A stretch of DNA of 64,000 nt, taken from NCBI GenBank assembly GCA_965204375.1, contig OZ241986.1:864001-928000 (forward strand), given 5' to 3'. This document shows positions 60,121 to 64,000 of the stretch, one piece after another. The first letter of the stretch is position 1, and each line of letters begins with the position of its first letter. The notes beneath the pieces were generated by a model, which was not told the DNA's origin, did not search any database, and saw nothing but the letters and a program-made list of their open reading frames with translations. A program made the translations under genes and the position numbers. Source of the stretch: Candidatus Latescibacterota bacterium. GTDB lineage: Bacteria > Latescibacterota > UBA2968.

Positions 60121-61077
60121 CTACTTAGATTTGGGTCCCTTGTAAGGTTGGCCGATAGGGAATCCGTGCGGTTCAAGGTGCGGACGGAACGGTACCATAT
60201 CGGCGATTTCCTTAAGCCCGGAGAGTATCTCTGGAGGAAGAGGTCCTTTTTCAGCAGCTGCCACATTTTGTTCGACTTCCTCTATAGATTCTGTCCCCAT
60301 GAGAACGGTGGAGACGTTGGGATTGGAAATTACCCATCGCAGAGCGACTTCTGCAAGTGGTAATCCGATTTCATCCACAAAAGCGTAGAGTTTTTTGAAC
60401 TGCTCCAGACGTGGCGGACTCAGCCATCGTGCGCCATTTTCCAGTTCCGGGATGTCGCGACGGGCCAGAAGACCCTTGAAAAAGGCTGCACCTATGACAA
60501 TTCCCATATTCTGTTTCTTAGCTTCAGGCAATCCAGAAATAGCGAATTCCTGCCGGACCAGATTGTAATTACCCGCTGCCAGAACCACATCGTAGTTACC
60601 TGTGGCCATGATGTGTGGAAGTTCATAGGAACTGGTGCCAGCCAGCCCTGTGAATTTGATTATTTTTTCCTCTTTAAGTTTCTCCAGGACTTCACACACA
60701 GGTCCATGGAAATTGTCATAGTCAGTCCACCAATCGAATATTGAGGGATGGTCAGGTTCATGGATTTGCAGAATATCAATACTGTCGCGCTTAAGCAGTC
60801 GGAGGCTCTCATCAACTGACCGACGTAGCATATCTTTATCCTGTGCGTCAAATGGTTTGGGCCTTCCTCCGAGCTTAGTGGCTATGTAATGCGATTGACT
60901 CGCTCCCTCCAGGCCGATCCCTATATTTTTCTCACTATTTCCATAGCCGGGAGCCGTGTCTATATAGTTTACGCCCAGTCCCAGCGCGCGCCGCACAGTC
61001 TCTGGCTTTGCTCCAACTCCTCCCATACCGAGAACAGTGACTTCAAATCCCGTGCGTCCAAGAATTCGTTTCTCCAC
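60121..61077 (-). CDS. Aldo/keto reductase
   Basis: GTG start with AGGAGG; KRILGRTG, IDTAPGYG, IATK, IDILQIH. Confidence 0.92.
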   Translation of the reverse strand: MEKRILGRTGFEVTVLGMGGVGAKPETVRRALGLGVNYIDTAPGYGNSEKNIGIGLEGASQSHYIATKLGGRPKPFDAQDKDMLRRSVDESLRLLKRDSIDILQIHEPDHPSIFDWWTDYDNFHGPVCEVLEKLKEEKIIKFTGLAGTSSYELPHIMATGNYDVVLAAGNYNLVRQEFAISGLPEAKKQNMGIVIGAAFFKGLLARRDIPELENGARWLSPPRLEQFKKLYAFVDEIGLPLAEVALRWVISNPNVSTVLMGTESIEEVEQNVAAAEKGPLPPEILSGLKEIADMVPFRPHLEPHGFPIGQPYKGPKSK

Positions 61078-61100
61078 ATAGCCCTCCTATTTGGCAGAAG

Positions 61101-62447
61101 TCAGGATTGGAAAATCGTCCCGGGCCACGGATAAGCGTTGGATCCAGCCTCATCATCGATGGGGCCTTCCGGCAGTGTGGCTTGCCAATCCATGACCTGC
61201 TCTGACATCTGCTTGACCAGGGTCTCTTCAAATTTGGCGTGATTGACGAGTTCCATCGGATCTGCGGGAATGTTGTACAACTCGACACGACTTCTGTCCG
61301 GGTTGAGAAGCAGCTTCCAGTCACCCTCGCGGATTGAAAGGATCGGGCTTTTGTGAAGGCAATGGCCGTGAACCCGAAATCGCCACTCCCACATCAACGG
61401 CGTCGTGCGATCTACCGAGTTACCTCGAAAGGCGGCTGTCATATCCTCGCCCTGCAGACCAATGTTGTCGGGAATGTCTATGCCAGCGATAGAACAAAAA
61501 GTAGGCAATAGGTCTATGGCACATAAGGGCGTCGTGTTGTCAACTTTGCCTTTTGGTCCGCCACTGCTTGGCCACCGAAGAATGAAAGGGGTTCGCACAC
61601 CGCCTTCGTAGAGGCTTCTTTTTCGACCTCGAAAGGGACCAGAAGAACCGACGCCACTGTGTGACGCATTTCGAACGTGGATATCCTCGGGGCCGTTGTC
61701 AGCAGAGAAGATGACAATCGTGTTGTCGGAAAGGCCCAGTTGATCCAGCCGATCCATGAGCCGTCCAATGTGGTAATCCGCGTTGGTAACGACAGAATAG
61801 TAGATGCGTAGTGCACCTTTGTGTTTGTCTTCCAGGCCTTGAGCGGTAAAATTCATATAGGGTTCCATCTGTTCCTCTGTAGGATCCAGAGTGGCGTGAG
61901 TGTCAAGCAACCACGCTTGCACAAAGAAAGGCTCATCCCGATGTCTTTCGATGAAGGATATGGTTTCATCTACAATTACCTCTGTAGATTGAGATCTGCC
62001 TTCGGGAATCTCAATGGCGGGTCCGACCGCATTGAATGTTTTGGATTCGTCAATCCCATAAGCCGTGGTATTGGGTGCTTCTTCGCCACTTCCCAGGTGC
62101 CACTTGCCAAAGTGGCCAACAGCATATCCACTTTGTTGCAGGAGACCTGTGATGGTCGTTGCATCGGGATCCAACCAGTCTGGCATGCCGCGTTGGGCGT
62201 TCTGCTCGTGACGGGCAAAATGGCCATGTATGCCCCAGTGGGCAGGAAATCGACCCGTCATGACCGCTGCCCGGCTGGGTGAGCACACACCCGAGCAAAC
62301 ATAGAATTGTGAGAAGAGAATGCCCTGCGAAGCGAGCCGATCCAGATTTGGCGTTTTTACAAACTGGTGGCCGTAGCAACTCAAGTCACCCCACCCCCAA
62401 TCGTCGGCGAAGACAAATACGATATTGGGTCTTTTCGATTCAGCCAT
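61101..62447 (-). CDS. Sulfatase (arylsulfatase/GalNAc-6-sulfatase-like)
   Basis: RPNIVFVFADD, CSPSRAAVMTG, GKWHLG, ADNG, YEGG. Confidence 0.92.
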   Translation of the reverse strand: MAESKRPNIVFVFADDWGWGDLSCYGHQFVKTPNLDRLASQGILFSQFYVCSGVCSPSRAAVMTGRFPAHWGIHGHFARHEQNAQRGMPDWLDPDATTITGLLQQSGYAVGHFGKWHLGSGEEAPNTTAYGIDESKTFNAVGPAIEIPEGRSQSTEVIVDETISFIERHRDEPFFVQAWLLDTHATLDPTEEQMEPYMNFTAQGLEDKHKGALRIYYSVVTNADYHIGRLMDRLDQLGLSDNTIVIFSADNGPEDIHVRNASHSGVGSSGPFRGRKRSLYEGGVRTPFILRWPSSGGPKGKVDNTTPLCAIDLLPTFCSIAGIDIPDNIGLQGEDMTAAFRGNSVDRTTPLMWEWRFRVHGHCLHKSPILSIREGDWKLLLNPDRSRVELYNIPADPMELVNHAKFEETLVKQMSEQVMDWQATLPEGPIDDEAGSNAYPWPGTIFQS

Positions 62448-62515
62448 TGCGGTTCTCCTTCAGGTTGTAGGAACTGGGCAGAGTCTTAATGCAGAGTAAT
62501 ATCTTAAATATCGAT

Positions 62516-63664
62516 TCACGAATTCAGTGCATTGCAGATGACGGCAGGTGGCGCAACTGTCACCGTTTCGCTCAAGGCGAACGGTGCACCCACTGGTGCC
62601 GCCACCCAGGACTGATCCGGTTGGACATCGTCCAGTGCCGACCAGAAGCCGCGCTCGAGGCGGGGCGACGACGATGCTTTGATCTCCACCGCGACGAGCT
62701 TATTTCTCCGTCGGATCAGGAGGTCGATCTCAGCGCCGGCCGCGGTCCGATAGAAGCTCAGTTCGGCGTCGGGCACCGCCGCGGCGATTTGCTCGATGAC
62801 GTATCCTTCCCAGGAGTTGCCGCGAACCGGATGGCCATCCAGGTCGTCGAGAGAATCCAAACGCAGCAGCCGGTGAAGGATGCCGGTATCTCTGAGATAA
62901 ACACGGGGACTCTTCACCAGGCGCTTCTTGACGTTGGCCGCGCAGGGTGAAAGCCGCCTTACCATGTAGGCCTGCTCAAGGATGCGGAGATAGTGTCCAA
63001 CCGTCTTGCCCGTTACGCCCAGGGAAGAAGCCACTTTGGCGTGGTTCCACAGATCCCCATGCAGGTGAGCGCACATCTCCCAGAATTGCCGCAGCGTTAT
63101 CGCGGGTACGCGGATACCCAGTTGAGGAATGTCGCGTTCGAGAAACGTCTGGATGAAACTGTCCAGCCACGCCCGGCTCATTTCGTCTGATGGGGCCAGA
63201 TAGCTTCGCGGGAATCCGCCTCGCAGCCAGAGCCTTGACTGATTCTCCGCCCCGATCTCTTCTTCGACAAAGGGCGTCAGTTCGATGAAACCGATGCGAC
63301 CGGCGAGCGTCTCAGACGACTGTTGGAGCAGAGCTGGAGAAGCCGATCCCAGCACCACGAACTGCCCCGGAGAACCGGTCTCATCGCAAAGCCCGCGAAG
63401 CACGCGAAACAATTCGGGGACGCGCTGGATCTCGTCGAGGCAGACGATGTGATCCCGATGGCGGCGGAGGTAATCTTCTGGCTCGGCCAGACGTGCGGCG
63501 TCGGAAGGAAGCTCGAGGTCGAGATAGTGTGACGCTGGCTGTTCAGCAAGCCACGTCTTGGCCAGGGTGGTCTTTCCACACTGGCGAGGCCCCAGAATTG
63601 CCGTGACAGGGAAGTACCTCGCGTATTCAGAGACCTTTGTCTGAATTTTTCTGTTGATGTTCAT
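62516..63664 (-). CDS. AAA_14 + DUF4143 ATP-binding protein
   Basis: GPRQCGKTT, LDEIQ, LGS, GGFP, KSPR.Y..D.G, EIDL, EIK; likely start MNINR at 63664. Confidence 0.9.
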   Translation of the reverse strand: MNINRKIQTKVSEYARYFPVTAILGPRQCGKTTLAKTWLAEQPASHYLDLELPSDAARLAEPEDYLRRHRDHIVCLDEIQRVPELFRVLRGLCDETGSPGQFVVLGSASPALLQQSSETLAGRIGFIELTPFVEEEIGAENQSRLWLRGGFPRSYLAPSDEMSRAWLDSFIQTFLERDIPQLGIRVPAITLRQFWEMCAHLHGDLWNHAKVASSLGVTGKTVGHYLRILEQAYMVRRLSPCAANVKKRLVKSPRVYLRDTGILHRLLRLDSLDDLDGHPVRGNSWEGYVIEQIAAAVPDAELSFYRTAAGAEIDLLIRRRNKLVAVEIKASSSPRLERGFWSALDDVQPDQSWVAAPVGAPFALSETVTVAPPAVICNALNS

Positions 63665-63670
63665 TCTTGT

Positions 63671-63699
63671 AATATGGGAGTCTATCTCCCAATTTGCAA
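63671..63699 (-). promoter_or_regulatory. Sigma70-like promoter, probably giving a leaderless mRNA
   Basis: TTGCAA-17 bp-CATATT ending 7 nt before the ATG at 63664; spacer holds palindrome GGGAG-tctat-CTCCC; no RBS. Confidence 0.45.
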
Positions 63700-63711
63700 G
63701 GATAAAACACA

Positions 63712-63837
63712 AATTGAAGTTACGTTCAAGATGTGTAAAAGGGCTGATCGCGATATTCGGGTAGGAACCGCTGTTGTTATCACCCATCATCACGATCCTT
63801 TCGCCCGTTGAAACCAGTCAATGAGTTGGCTTTTAAG
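63712..63837. repeat. Intact copy of the ~126-bp duplicated segment
   Basis: Contiguous version of 57572-57594 plus 59086-59193. Confidence 0.95.
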
Positions 63838-64000
63838 ATCGTTATAAATCTCGGGATATTGACTGGCTAAATCATTGGCTTCGCCAATATCCTGATCGAG
63901 CTTGTACAATTCAAATTGCAATTCTTCAATAGCCGGAATAGCCTCGGCAAATTGCCCGCGATGATTAGGGCCTGTACCAACCAGTTTCCAATCGTCTTTT
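63790..64000 (-). CDS. Sulfatase, 3' end only (runs off window)
   Basis: KDDWKLV...FELYKLDQDIGEANDLASQYPE...LKSQLIDWFQRAKGS*, typical sulfatase C-terminus; not in the ORF track. Confidence 0.85.
   Translation of the reverse strand, partial: KDDWKLVGTGPNHRGQFAEAIPAIEELQFELYKLDQDIGEANDLASQYPEIYNDLKSQLIDWFQRAKGS

Noticed and set aside
1-64000. Classical integron or CALIN
   Set aside because: No tyrosine recombinase, and spacers lack RYYYAAC...GTTRRRY palindromic attC structure; many are under 30 bp or are gene remnants. An integrase outside the window cannot be excluded.
1-64000. CRISPR array, tRNA, rRNA
   Set aside because: No regularly spaced repeats or recognisable structural RNA seen by eye.

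Overview
A 64 kb bacterial accessory region made almost entirely of tightly packed catabolic genes: 9 intact PhyH-type Fe(II)/2-oxoglutarate dioxygenases, 8 sulfatases (one partial), 4 enolase-superfamily dehydratases, 2 aldo/keto reductases, 2 carbon-nitrogen hydrolases, several glycoside hydrolase/lyase-like proteins, an arylsulfate sulfotransferase and an RND pump. They form a + strand run (1-13.7 kb), an AT-rich core with a RelE/HTH toxin-antitoxin pair and an IS3 remnant (13.8-16.7 kb), two more + genes, and a ~45 kb convergent - strand run. This gene content resembles marine or sponge-associated symbionts such as Poribacteria/Latescibacteria (inference only). The main observation is architectural: many genes behave as minimal 'RBS + ORF' cassettes bounded by variable 4-9 bp direct repeats. 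The spacers between them are often recognisable stubs of destroyed genes (5' or 3' ends of sulfatase, PhyH, enolase, HEPN and YhcG genes). One ~126 bp segment occurs twice and shows an empty site next to a filled site for single-gene insertions. No integrase, attC site, CRISPR or intact transposase is visible, so this looks like an integron-like gene library built by microhomology-bounded insertion and deletion rather than a known site-specific system. All alignments were made by eye and need computational confirmation.
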